Shown here: one piece after another, positions 53,071-62,098 of the stretch
Position numbering within the stretch: position 1 is the stretch's first letter
How the letters are laid out: every line of letters begins with the position of its first letter
Origin: an uncultured Aliarcobacter sp.
Lineage (GTDB): Bacteria; Campylobacterota; Campylobacteria; Campylobacterales; Arcobacteraceae
Length of the DNA stretch: 64,000 nucleotides
Direction: 5' to 3'
Assembly (NCBI GenBank): GCA_963664305.2
Contig: CAXXLV010000002.1
Location: 1,632,001 to 1,696,000, forward strand
Program-made: the position numbers and the translations under genes
The notes under the pieces: model-generated
What the model was told of the DNA's origin: nothing
Databases searched by the model: none
The model's input: only the letters and a program-made list of their open reading frames with translations

Positions 53071-53122
53071 GTTAAGTGTTTGTATAATCAAACTTTATAA
53101 AAAATATAAAAAGGTTTAAAAT

Positions 53123-53323
53123 ATGACACTGATTGTAAATGGTGAAACAAAAGAGTTTGACAACTCATTTTCACTACAAGATATAATAACAAATTTACAA
53201 ATTGAAAATAAAGTAATGGCTGCTGCTGTTAATATGAATATTGTAAAAAAAGATGATTGGAAAAATTTTATTCCAAAAAACAACGATAAAATAGAACTTC
53301 TTCAATTTGTTGGTGGTGGTTGA
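53123..53323 (+). CDS. thiS: Sulfur carrier protein
   Basis: 66 aa, ubiquitin-like, ends in FVGGG. Confidence 0.92.
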   Translation: MTLIVNGETKEFDNSFSLQDIITNLQIENKVMAAAVNMNIVKKDDWKNFIPKNNDKIELLQFVGGG

Positions 53324-53327
53324 TTTT

Positions 53328-53660
53328 ATGAGTAGAGAAAAAGGAGAGTTTGCTGAAAAAAAAGCAATCTCTTTTTTAGAAAACTTAAATTTTAAAATTA
53401 TTGAAAAAAACTTTTACGCTAAAAAGTTAGGTGAAATCGACATCATCGCATTAAAAAATGAAACTTATCATTTTATAGAAGTAAAATCTGCACCTGATTA
53501 TGAAACCGCAATAAACAATATCACTCCTTCTAAACTTTCAAAAATAAAAAGAAGTATAAATTACTATTTACAAATTAAAAAAATTGATGTTATTTATTCT
53601 ATTGATGCAATTATTGTAAATGAAGAAAATATTGAATTAATTGAGAATATAACTATGTGA
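53328..53660 (+). CDS. yraN: YraN family (UPF0102) nuclease-like protein
   Basis: KGEFAE...NF...GEIDIIA...FIEVK; ATG at 53328. Confidence 0.88.
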   Translation: MSREKGEFAEKKAISFLENLNFKIIEKNFYAKKLGEIDIIALKNETYHFIEVKSAPDYETAINNITPSKLSKIKRSINYYLQIKKIDVIYSIDAIIVNEENIELIENITM

Positions 53661-53727
53661 TAAAGTAAGGGGTGAAGGTCGCAAAAACACCCCTTACTAG
53701 GATTTACTCGTACTTAAAATTAGTAGA
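53660..53727 (-). ncRNA. Candidate small regulatory RNA
   Basis: Extended -10 TGTTATAAT (53741-53733, minus strand) and an 11-bp GC-rich stem (53664-53674 / 53688-53698) with a C/U-rich 13-nt loop. Confidence 0.4.
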
Positions 53728-53841
53728 CTCAAATTATAACAATTCATAATAGCAATAAACTAGCAATAAAAACAAATTTCAAAATTTAACTTTTTCTTAG
53801 TAATAATTGGTTACTATTCAAAAATACTTACGGAGAATTTT

Positions 53842-54948
53842 TTGTACTCAAAAGAACTTGAATCTATTAAAAAGTCTAACCGTTTTAGAACAAGAGATAT
53901 ATTTGATGAAAATCTTATAGACCTTGCATCAAACGATTATTTAGGCCTTTCTACAAATAAAAATCTTTTTCAAAAAGCTTACGAAAATGTTTTAAATCAA
54001 AATTTCCATTCCCCACGTGCTTCAATGTTAGTAAATGGTTATAACCAAATCCATAAAAATTTTGAAGATAAATTGTGTGATGTAAATAAATTTGAAGCTG
54101 GTATCACTGTTGGTTCTGGTTTCTTAGCAAATATCTCAATGATTGAAGCGCTGGTTAGAAAAAATGATACTTTATTTATAGATGAAGAATATCATGCAAG
54201 TGGAATTTTAGCTACAAAACTACTAAAACCTGAACAAGTTATTGTATTTAATCACAATGACTATGAGGATTTAGAAAATAAGATTATAGAAAATAAAAGA
54301 ACAGGTAGAAACATAATAGCAATTGAAGGTGTTTATTCAATGGGTGGAGATATTGCACCAATTGAAATATTTAAAATTGCAGATAAATATAAATCTCTTT
54401 TAATTGTAGATGAAGCTCATAGTTCAGGAGTTATTGGTAAAAATCTTTTAGGTATTTTTGATTATTATGAAATTAAACCAAATAAATATCACATTAAAAT
54501 GGGAACTTTAGGAAAAGCTTATGGTTCTTATGGAGCTTATATCTTAGCTTCAAAAGAAATTATAGATTTTTTAACAAATAGAGCTAAACCTATTATTTAT
54601 TCTACTGCTCCCTCATTATTTGATACAGCCCTTGCACTTGAATCTTTGAATTATATAGTTAATAATAAAAAAGATTTAAAGGAACATATAGAAAAAAATT
54701 TGAATATTATTTATGAAATTTTAAATATTAAATCTCAAAGCTTGATTATTCCAATTGAAATTGGTGATAATAAAAGAGTAAAAGAGATTCAAGAGATATT
54801 AAAACAAAAAGGTTATTTGGTTGGAGCAATTAGACAACCAACAGTAAAAAGTGCAATTATTAGATTAATTGCAAAAATTGATATAGATACAAATAATTTA
54901 ATTAATGTATGTAACTTATTAAAGGATTTAAAAAATGTTGATAAATGA
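53842..54948 (+). CDS. bioF: 8-amino-7-oxononanoate synthase-like PLP enzyme
   Basis: LASNDYLGL, SGFLAN, HAS, EGVYSMGGD, VDEAHSSG, GTLGKAYG; TTG start. Confidence 0.85.
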   Translation: MYSKELESIKKSNRFRTRDIFDENLIDLASNDYLGLSTNKNLFQKAYENVLNQNFHSPRASMLVNGYNQIHKNFEDKLCDVNKFEAGITVGSGFLANISMIEALVRKNDTLFIDEEYHASGILATKLLKPEQVIVFNHNDYEDLENKIIENKRTGRNIIAIEGVYSMGGDIAPIEIFKIADKYKSLLIVDEAHSSGVIGKNLLGIFDYYEIKPNKYHIKMGTLGKAYGSYGAYILASKEIIDFLTNRAKPIIYSTAPSLFDTALALESLNYIVNNKKDLKEHIEKNLNIIYEILNIKSQSLIIPIEIGDNKRVKEIQEILKQKGYLVGAIRQPTVKSAIIRLIAKIDIDTNNLINVCNLLKDLKNVDK

Positions 54949-55588
54949 TTTAATAAAAGGTAATAAAAAATTTAGAGAAGCTAGTTTTCCAAAGTATGAA
55001 AGTGATTTACAACAATTAGTTGAAACAGGACAAAAACCAGAAATTCTTTTTATTGGTTGTAGTGATAGTAGAGTTACTCCTGATTTAATGCTTGATACAA
55101 AACCTGGTGATATGTTTATTTTAAGAAATGTAGGAAATTTTATTCCACCGTATAATCCAGATAATGATTACCATGGAAGTTCTGCTGTTATTGAATATGC
55201 AGTAAATGTTTTAGGTGTAAAACATATCATCGTTTGTGGTCACTCTCATTGTGGAGCTTGTAAAAGTTTATATCAAGATTTAGGTGATTCTCCTGATTTA
55301 ATAAATATTAGAAAATGGTTAGATTTAGGAAAACGTGCAAAAGAATATACACTTTTAGCAATTCAAGATAAATCAGATATGGAACAACTTTATAGAACAA
55401 CAGAAAAAATCTCTGTAGTTCATCAAATGGAAAACTTACTAACTTTCCCATATATTGAGAAAAAAGTTAAGAATAAAGAGTTACAAATTCATGGTTGGTA
55501 CTATAAAATTGAAAATGGTAGTATCGAGTATTATGATGGTGAAGAGTGTTCATTTAAACCATTAAAAGAGAATGAACATGCAAAGTGA
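54935..55588 (+). CDS. Beta-class carbonic anhydrase
   Basis: GCSDSRV, RNVGN, CGHSHCGAC. Confidence 0.95.
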   Translation: MLINDLIKGNKKFREASFPKYESDLQQLVETGQKPEILFIGCSDSRVTPDLMLDTKPGDMFILRNVGNFIPPYNPDNDYHGSSAVIEYAVNVLGVKHIIVCGHSHCGACKSLYQDLGDSPDLINIRKWLDLGKRAKEYTLLAIQDKSDMEQLYRTTEKISVVHQMENLLTFPYIEKKVKNKELQIHGWYYKIENGSIEYYDGEECSFKPLKENEHAK

Positions 55589-55895
55589 AATTAGAAGACT
55601 TCCTAAAAAAACTATTTTTATTATAGGGGCAATAATTATTATTGCTCTTATAGGTTTTTTATTTTTAAAGAATTTAAAAGAACAAAAATTAGTAGAAATT
55701 CTTGAATCAATTGGATATAAAAATATAAAAGATGTAACTGTAATTAATAAATTAAGTGTTGAAGATGCAGAAACAAGATATAGAAGTACAGTTTATAAAG
55801 TTATGTTTTTTAATCAAGATTCAAATCAAACTTGTATAGGATTCATTCATAAAGAAAGAGATGAACATTATACAAAAGATTTTGATTGTAAATAA
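55572..55895 (+). CDS. Hypothetical single-pass membrane protein
   Basis: 107-aa ORF in operon position with an N-terminal TM helix. Confidence 0.65.
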   Translation: MNMQSEIRRLPKKTIFIIGAIIIIALIGFLFLKNLKEQKLVEILESIGYKNIKDVTVINKLSVEDAETRYRSTVYKVMFFNQDSNQTCIGFIHKERDEHYTKDFDCK

Positions 55896-55905
55896 GTAGG
55901 AAAAA

Positions 55906-56967
55906 ATGAGTATTATTGAAAAATTAAAAAGAAATGAAAGATTAGAGTATGAAGATGCAATTAAACTATATGATTTAGATTTATTTACATTGGCTTCATT
56001 TGCAAATAGAATTAGAACAAATAGACATGGTAAAAAAACATATTTTAATATAAACAGACATATTAATCCAACAAATATTTGTAAAGATGTTTGTCAGTTT
56101 TGTGCCTATAGTGCAAGTAGAAAAAATCCACACCAATATACAATGACACATGAAGAGATACTTGATATTGTAAAAAACTCTTCAAAAAACAATATAAAAG
56201 AAGTTCATATAGTTTCAGCTCATAATCCACACACAGGATTACAATGGTATATGGATGTATTTAAAAAGATTAAAGAAAATTTCCCATCAATTCATGTAAA
56301 AGCTTTAACAGCTGCAGAAATTCATTTTTTAAGTACAGAATATAATCTATCATACGAAGAAATTATAAATATGATGATTGAACATGGAATTGACTCTATG
56401 CCTGGTGGTGGAGCTGAAATTTTTGATGAAACAGTTAGAAAAAGAATTTGTGGTGGTAAAGTTACATCTGAACAATGGCTAAATATCCACAAACTTTGGC
56501 ATCAAAAAGGAAGAAAAAGTAATGCAACTATGCTTTTTGGTCATGTAGAAGATAGAAATCATAGAATTGACCATATGTTAAGATTAAGAAAATTACAAGA
56601 CGAAACTGGTGGATTTAATGCATTTATTCCTTTAGTTTATCAAACAGAAAACAATTATCTAAAAGTAAAAGAAGCATTAACTGGACAAGAAATTTTAAAG
56701 ACTTATGCAATTGCTAGAATTTTACTTGATAATATTCCAAATATTAAAGCTTATTGGGCAACTTCAACTGTTAAACTTGCATTAATTGCTCAAGAATTTG
56801 GTGCAAATGATGTTGATGGTACAATTGAGAAAGAAGCAATTCAAAGTGCTGCTGGAGCTTCTAGTGCAAATGGTATTGCTCAAATGGAATTTGTTGATTT
56901 GATAAAAAATTCAGGATTTATTCCTGTAGAGAGAGATTCTATTTATAATGAACTAAAAACTTGGTAA
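55906..56967 (+). CDS. mqnE: Aminofutalosine synthase (radical SAM)
   Basis: NRHINPTNICKDVCQFCAY, MPGGGAEIF, NATMLFGH, IKAYW. Confidence 0.9.
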   Translation: MSIIEKLKRNERLEYEDAIKLYDLDLFTLASFANRIRTNRHGKKTYFNINRHINPTNICKDVCQFCAYSASRKNPHQYTMTHEEILDIVKNSSKNNIKEVHIVSAHNPHTGLQWYMDVFKKIKENFPSIHVKALTAAEIHFLSTEYNLSYEEIINMMIEHGIDSMPGGGAEIFDETVRKRICGGKVTSEQWLNIHKLWHQKGRKSNATMLFGHVEDRNHRIDHMLRLRKLQDETGGFNAFIPLVYQTENNYLKVKEALTGQEILKTYAIARILLDNIPNIKAYWATSTVKLALIAQEFGANDVDGTIEKEAIQSAAGASSANGIAQMEFVDLIKNSGFIPVERDSIYNELKTW

Positions 56968-56974
56968 AAAGTTT

Positions 56975-58546
56975 TTAGTTTTTTAGCTGATTAAATTCTA
57001 AAGTAAATTCTACTTCTATACCAGCTTCTGTTTTCATCATAATTATTGGATATGTAATATTTATAGAATACAATTCATTATTAATTGTATCAATTAAATT
57101 AAAAAACTCTTTTGGTTCTTTTACTAATATATTAACAACATAAGTAAATTTACTTATATTCTTATTTGAACTTGACGAAAACCTAATAATTGCATTTTCT
57201 GGCATTAAGATTTTTAATTGTTCAGTAACTCTTTCAACAGATATAGTTTCATCTGTAATATACTCTTTTTCAAACTTTTTATAATTTGAATTTATTTCTA
57301 TACTATCTTTTGAAATCACATTTGTATAGAAATCTGTTTTTTTCTCTGGGTCAACTAAATTAAATTGCGAAGCTTTATACAAAGTATCAAGAGAAGGTTT
57401 TAATAAAGCTAAATTTTCTTCCTTTGAAGAAAATACTTTTAGTTCTAAATCATTAGAATTTATTTTCATATATTCAATCATAACACCACTTGGAATTGTG
57501 TTAAATACTGCTTTTATTCTCTGTTCGATTTTATCATTCAAATTTACGTGATTAGGTAATGATGTTAAATTTTCTTCAATTTTTTCACTCTTCTCTATTT
57601 TTTCTGTAGTAAAAAATTTATCAAAATCAATCATAGTATAAATTTTGTATCCACCTAAAGCTAAAACAACTAATAATAAAACTAAATAAAGATATTTGAA
57701 ATCTCTTTTTTTCTTTTTCTTTCTTGGTTTTGTAAAACTTTTTTTAAGATGTTTATCTCTTGATAATTCAAAAATCTCTTCATCAATATTAATTGGATGA
57801 TAATCAACTTTTAACATAAATTCTTGAGCTAATTGTTCTATTTCTTCATTTGTTAGCTGTTTTAAAACATATAAAATTGTAATTTTTTCAACAAATACAC
57901 CATTTTTCTTTGCATAAAAATCATTTAATGTTTTTTGGATTATCTCATGAAATTCTAAATAATAAATTTCATCAAATAATTTTTGACCTTCTAAATCGTC
58001 TTCATAAAAGTGTGTCTTTTTTACTGATTCAAAAGTTGGTAAATCAACTATTTCATTATAAACTACAATACCTGATTGATTTAGTATCAGAATAAATGCT
58101 TTGTTATTATATAAAAGTAAAAGAAGCTCATTTCTACAAACATTCTTTTCTATATGTAAACTTAAAATATGAAATGCTGAATAAATATAATCAATTCCTG
58201 TTTTGACAAAATAGTTTTTAGTTTCAAAAAGAGTTGTTTTTAATACTGCAATATCATATTCATTGTTAAATCTTGCAATTTCACAATCTGTTAATTTTGA
58301 AGATAAAGATTTTGGAACGAGTTTAGTAGTATCACTAATAAGTAATGTAGAAATATATGTAAAATCTGTTTCTTCTTGAGAAGTATTGATTTTTTGTGCA
58401 ATATCTTGAGGTAAAATATCATTATCAATTAAAAAAACAGAATTATTTGTATCAATTATATCTTCATTATTTAACTTTTTATACTCAAGTTTTAATTGTG
58501 TATCGTATTTAATTGCATTGATATATAAAGACTCTTTAGTAAACAT
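56975..58546 (-). CDS. Membrane-anchored protein, possible PilM-PilN-PilO-like fusion
   Basis: ~280-aa cytoplasmic domain, basic KPRKKKKKR, a single TM helix and two short periplasmic alpha/beta domains; synteny after miaB-DUF374. Confidence 0.45.
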   Translation of the reverse strand: MFTKESLYINAIKYDTQLKLEYKKLNNEDIIDTNNSVFLIDNDILPQDIAQKINTSQEETDFTYISTLLISDTTKLVPKSLSSKLTDCEIARFNNEYDIAVLKTTLFETKNYFVKTGIDYIYSAFHILSLHIEKNVCRNELLLLLYNNKAFILILNQSGIVVYNEIVDLPTFESVKKTHFYEDDLEGQKLFDEIYYLEFHEIIQKTLNDFYAKKNGVFVEKITILYVLKQLTNEEIEQLAQEFMLKVDYHPINIDEEIFELSRDKHLKKSFTKPRKKKKKRDFKYLYLVLLLVVLALGGYKIYTMIDFDKFFTTEKIEKSEKIEENLTSLPNHVNLNDKIEQRIKAVFNTIPSGVMIEYMKINSNDLELKVFSSKEENLALLKPSLDTLYKASQFNLVDPEKKTDFYTNVISKDSIEINSNYKKFEKEYITDETISVERVTEQLKILMPENAIIRFSSSSNKNISKFTYVVNILVKEPKEFFNLIDTINNELYSINITYPIIMMKTEAGIEVEFTLEFNQLKN

Positions 58547-58567
58547 TTATCCCTACTTACTTTTATT

Positions 58568-59179
58568 TTAAGGCATTGAGTGTATCAACATTTTTTCTTT
58601 GATAAATTCCCTTGCTTGTTCAAATTCCATATTTTTAACATTTATTGGTTCACTAATATAAAAATCTATTCTACCAAAAGGTTTAGGTAAAATAAATTTA
58701 TCCCAAGATTTAAATTGCCAATATTTTGTTGGTATTGTATTAAAACATACAATTTTTGCTTCACTTTTTTGTGCTAACGCAATTACACCATCAGCAACTG
58801 AATATCTAGGTCCTCTTGGACCATCAGGAGTTATAGCTAAGTCATTTCCTTCTTTTAGTTCTTTTAAAGCACTAATTAAAACTTTAGCTGCTCCTTTTGA
58901 TGATGATCCACGAACTGAGCCAATTTTAAAATAAGAAGCTAATTTTGCAATAATCTCTCCATCTTTATTATGGCTAATCATTGCTTTTACATTTCCCTTT
59001 TTTCTAAATGAAAAATAGTTATATATTTGAGATAGTAAATCTCCATGCCACATACAAATTATAATAGGTTTTCCATCATCTTTTGGAAAATGATAAACCT
59101 TTTTATTTGTCAAATAAATAATCCTAACAAACAAATATAACATGTATGGAAGTATATTTAATTTAAAATACTTTTGCAT
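58568..59179 (-). CDS. DUF374 lysophospholipid acyltransferase family (LpxJ-like)
   Basis: WHG, SHNKDGE, VRGSSSKG, ITPDGPRGP, SWDKFILPKPF. Confidence 0.85.
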   Translation of the reverse strand: MQKYFKLNILPYMLYLFVRIIYLTNKKVYHFPKDDGKPIIICMWHGDLLSQIYNYFSFRKKGNVKAMISHNKDGEIIAKLASYFKIGSVRGSSSKGAAKVLISALKELKEGNDLAITPDGPRGPRYSVADGVIALAQKSEAKIVCFNTIPTKYWQFKSWDKFILPKPFGRIDFYISEPINVKNMEFEQAREFIKEKMLIHSMP

Positions 59180-60489
59180 TACGCTACAACTTCACCCTTT
59201 AGTGTAGTTCTTGTTGCTTCAGTAATTTTTACATTTACAAATTTTCCAAGTAATTCATCACTACCTTTAGCAAAAACTTGTAAATAATTATCTGTGTAAC
59301 CTGAAACTTCACCATTAGGTTTTAAACTTTCAACTAAAACATTTAATGTTGTTCCAACGTGATTTACCATAGATTCTTCTAAATATCTTTTATGAAGTTC
59401 AATTAACTCAATTAATCTAGCACTTCCTATTTCATCTGGAAGTTCTTGTTCTTTTAAATTTAAAGCCTCTGTTCCAGGTCTTGGAGAGTATTTAAAATTA
59501 AAAATTTGATCAAACTTAACTTGATTTACAACATCTAATGTATCTTCAAAATCTTTTTGTGTTTCTCCTGGGAATGCAACAATTATATCTGTTGTAATTC
59601 TTAAATCAGGAATTAATTCTCTCATCTTTGCAGCTCTATTTAAGAACCACTCTTTCGTGTATCCTCTTTTCATTGCTTTTAAAACTTCAGTTGAACCACT
59701 TTGTAAAGGCATATGAATACATTTTGAAATTTTTTCATTTCTTGCAAATTCTTCAATAAAATCATCATCCATATGTAAAGGATGAGGAGAAGTAAATCTA
59801 ATTCTTTTTAAACCTTCAACTTTTGAAATATCTTGTAAAAGTTTAGTAAATGTATATTTTTCTCTTCCATCAGAAAATCTTCTACCATAAGAGTTTACAT
59901 TTTGTCCAAGAAGCATAACTTCAACTGCACCTTGTTCAACTGATTTTTTCACCTGTTCAACAATCATTTCAGGTGGAATAGAAATCTCTTCACCCCTTGT
60001 ACTTGGAACAATACAATATGTACATTTTTTATCACAACCTATAGAGATATTTACACTAGCTCTATATTTGTTTGTTTTAGCTGTTGAAAATTCATATGTT
60101 GATTCATCATTATCAATTGCTACTTCGACTGCGCCTTTTACATCAACAACATCTTTTATTTTTGAGATATTTCTAGCCCCAACAACAAAATCTACATAAG
60201 GTGCTCTTTTGATAATATCATGTCCTAAGTGTGAAGCTGTACAGCCACAAACACCAATTTTTGCACCCTCTTTTTTCTTTTTGTTAAATTGACCTATTTC
60301 AGAAAAAAGTTTAGAAACAGGTTTTTCTCTAACTGAACAAGTATTAATAATAATTAAGTCTGCATCTTCAATTTTGTCAGTTGCAGTATAGCCTTTATGT
60401 TTTTCAAGTTCAGCTTGAATATGCTGGCTATCAGTGTCATTCATTTGACACCCTAATGTTTGTATAAATAATTTTTTGTTTAAACTCAT
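59179..60489 (-). CDS. miaB: tRNA-2-methylthio-N6-dimethylallyladenosine synthase
   Basis: TLGCQMN, NTCSVRE, GCDKKCTYCIVP, LGQNVNSY, and a TRAM domain. Confidence 0.96.
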   Translation of the reverse strand: MSLNKKLFIQTLGCQMNDTDSQHIQAELEKHKGYTATDKIEDADLIIINTCSVREKPVSKLFSEIGQFNKKKKEGAKIGVCGCTASHLGHDIIKRAPYVDFVVGARNISKIKDVVDVKGAVEVAIDNDESTYEFSTAKTNKYRASVNISIGCDKKCTYCIVPSTRGEEISIPPEMIVEQVKKSVEQGAVEVMLLGQNVNSYGRRFSDGREKYTFTKLLQDISKVEGLKRIRFTSPHPLHMDDDFIEEFARNEKISKCIHMPLQSGSTEVLKAMKRGYTKEWFLNRAAKMRELIPDLRITTDIIVAFPGETQKDFEDTLDVVNQVKFDQIFNFKYSPRPGTEALNLKEQELPDEIGSARLIELIELHKRYLEESMVNHVGTTLNVLVESLKPNGEVSGYTDNYLQVFAKGSDELLGKFVNVKITEATRTTLKGEVVA

Positions 60490-60512
60490 ATTTTATATAA
60501 CACTAAAAAAGA

Positions 60513-60755
60513 TTAAAGTGCATGAACCTCATACATATATTCATCATCTGCTAAACCATATTTTATTTCTCTAAAGTATACATTGTAACCGTCTGCTTCT
60601 AATGAATCAACTAAAGACATCATATCTTTGTGAGAATTGTCTCTATCGAAATAAAATATTTTTTGACCATCTTTACTTAAATCTTCTTTTATTTTATCTA
60701 ATTGCACTTTTTTTGGTTTTTCGTTTAACTCATTTCTTGCAAATAATAATTCCAT
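60513..60755 (-). CDS. HP0268-family small nuclease
   Basis: MELLFAR...IFYFDRDNSHKD...REIKYGL...YEVH; upstream of miaB. Confidence 0.8.
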   Translation of the reverse strand: MELLFARNELNEKPKKVQLDKIKEDLSKDGQKIFYFDRDNSHKDMMSLVDSLEADGYNVYFREIKYGLADDEYMYEVHAL

Positions 60756-60908
60756 TTATTAAGCCTTTTTTCTTTGTTTATTAGTTGTATATTTTATCTC
60801 AAAATTACTTTAATTTCTATAAAAGGCTATTTTAGATATACTATCCAACTATACTACATTGAAAATCATCCTAATCATTTCAATGTCAACAAATTAAGAG
60901 GTTATTTA

Positions 60909-62093
60909 ATGGATAAAATAATAGATATTTTAGATTCAATCGCATATGAGAAAGGTCTCAAAATTGATGATGTTGAAAATGCACTAAAAGAAGCTTTAAT
61001 TAAAACTGCACAAAAAATGGTAGATGCTACTTTAACTTTTGATGCAAATATTGACAGAGCAAATAAAAGACTTGAACTATTCCAAAAAATTGAAGTAGTT
61101 TCAGAAGATGATGAAAGATTACTTGCTAATGCTGTTAATAAATATGGTGAAGCAATTAATTACGAAAATTTTATCACGTTAGAAGAAGCAAAAGAAATTG
61201 ACCCAGATTTAGAAATTGGTGATTTTATGAATTACGATTTAGAATTTGAAAATATGGGAAGAAATGCTGCGACTATTTTACATAGTAATTTTGAATTTAG
61301 ACTTCAAAGATTTATTGAAGAAAATATCGTAAATAAATATAAAGACAAAATTGGAAAAACTGTTTCAGGAACAGTTACAAGAGTAGATAAACAAGATAAT
61401 ACATTTATTGAAATTGGTGAAGTAAAAGGAATTTTACAAAGAAAAAGTAGAATAAAAGGTGAATCTTTTAAAGTTGGTGATGTTGTAAAAGCCGTTGTAA
61501 AAGGTGTAAATATTGATAAATCAAATGGTTTATTAGTTGATATTTCAAGAACTTCTCCAAAATTTTTAGAAAATCTTTTAACTCTTGAAGTACCTGAATT
61601 AAAAGATAAAAAAATCACTATTGAATCAAGTGCTAGAATTCCAGGAACTAGATCAAAAATCGCACTTTCTACTATAGATCCACAAATTGACCCTATTGGT
61701 GCAGTTGTTGGAGTAAAAGGTGTTAGAATTGGTTCTGTTTCAAAACAACTTCATGGAGAAAATATTGATTGTGTTGAGTTTTCAACAATTCCTGAAATGT
61801 TTATCTCAAGAGCTTTATCACCTGCAATTGTTCATAGTGTAAAAATTGAAAAAGCTCCAAGTCATGGAGAAAAAGGGAAAGCTGTAGTTACAATTCCAAG
61901 TGATCAAAAATCAAAAGCTATTGGAAAAGCAGGTTTAAATATCAGATTAGCATCAATGCTAACAAAATATGATATTGAATTAATTGAGATTAATTCAGCG
62001 GCAACAAATTCTTCTAATGCTGAAACACAAAACAATTCAGCTAATGAAGAAAAAACAACTGATACTGCATCATTAGAAGCACTATTTAAGTAA
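60909..62093 (+). CDS. nusA: Transcription termination/antitermination factor NusA
   Basis: MDKIIDI start with a GAGG RBS; S1 and KH domains (ARIPGTRSK, DPIGAVVGVKG, AIGKAGLNIRLAS). Confidence 0.96.
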   Translation: MDKIIDILDSIAYEKGLKIDDVENALKEALIKTAQKMVDATLTFDANIDRANKRLELFQKIEVVSEDDERLLANAVNKYGEAINYENFITLEEAKEIDPDLEIGDFMNYDLEFENMGRNAATILHSNFEFRLQRFIEENIVNKYKDKIGKTVSGTVTRVDKQDNTFIEIGEVKGILQRKSRIKGESFKVGDVVKAVVKGVNIDKSNGLLVDISRTSPKFLENLLTLEVPELKDKKITIESSARIPGTRSKIALSTIDPQIDPIGAVVGVKGVRIGSVSKQLHGENIDCVEFSTIPEMFISRALSPAIVHSVKIEKAPSHGEKGKAVVTIPSDQKSKAIGKAGLNIRLASMLTKYDIELIEINSAATNSSNAETQNNSANEEKTTDTASLEALFK

Positions 62094-62098
62094 AAAAG

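Noticed and set aside
60774..60908. N-terminal extensions in the ORF track (nusA from 60774; similarly 33705, 53307 and 52048)
   Set aside because: Downstream starts have better RBSs and/or match the expected family N-termini; the extensions run through promoter regions or neighbouring genes.
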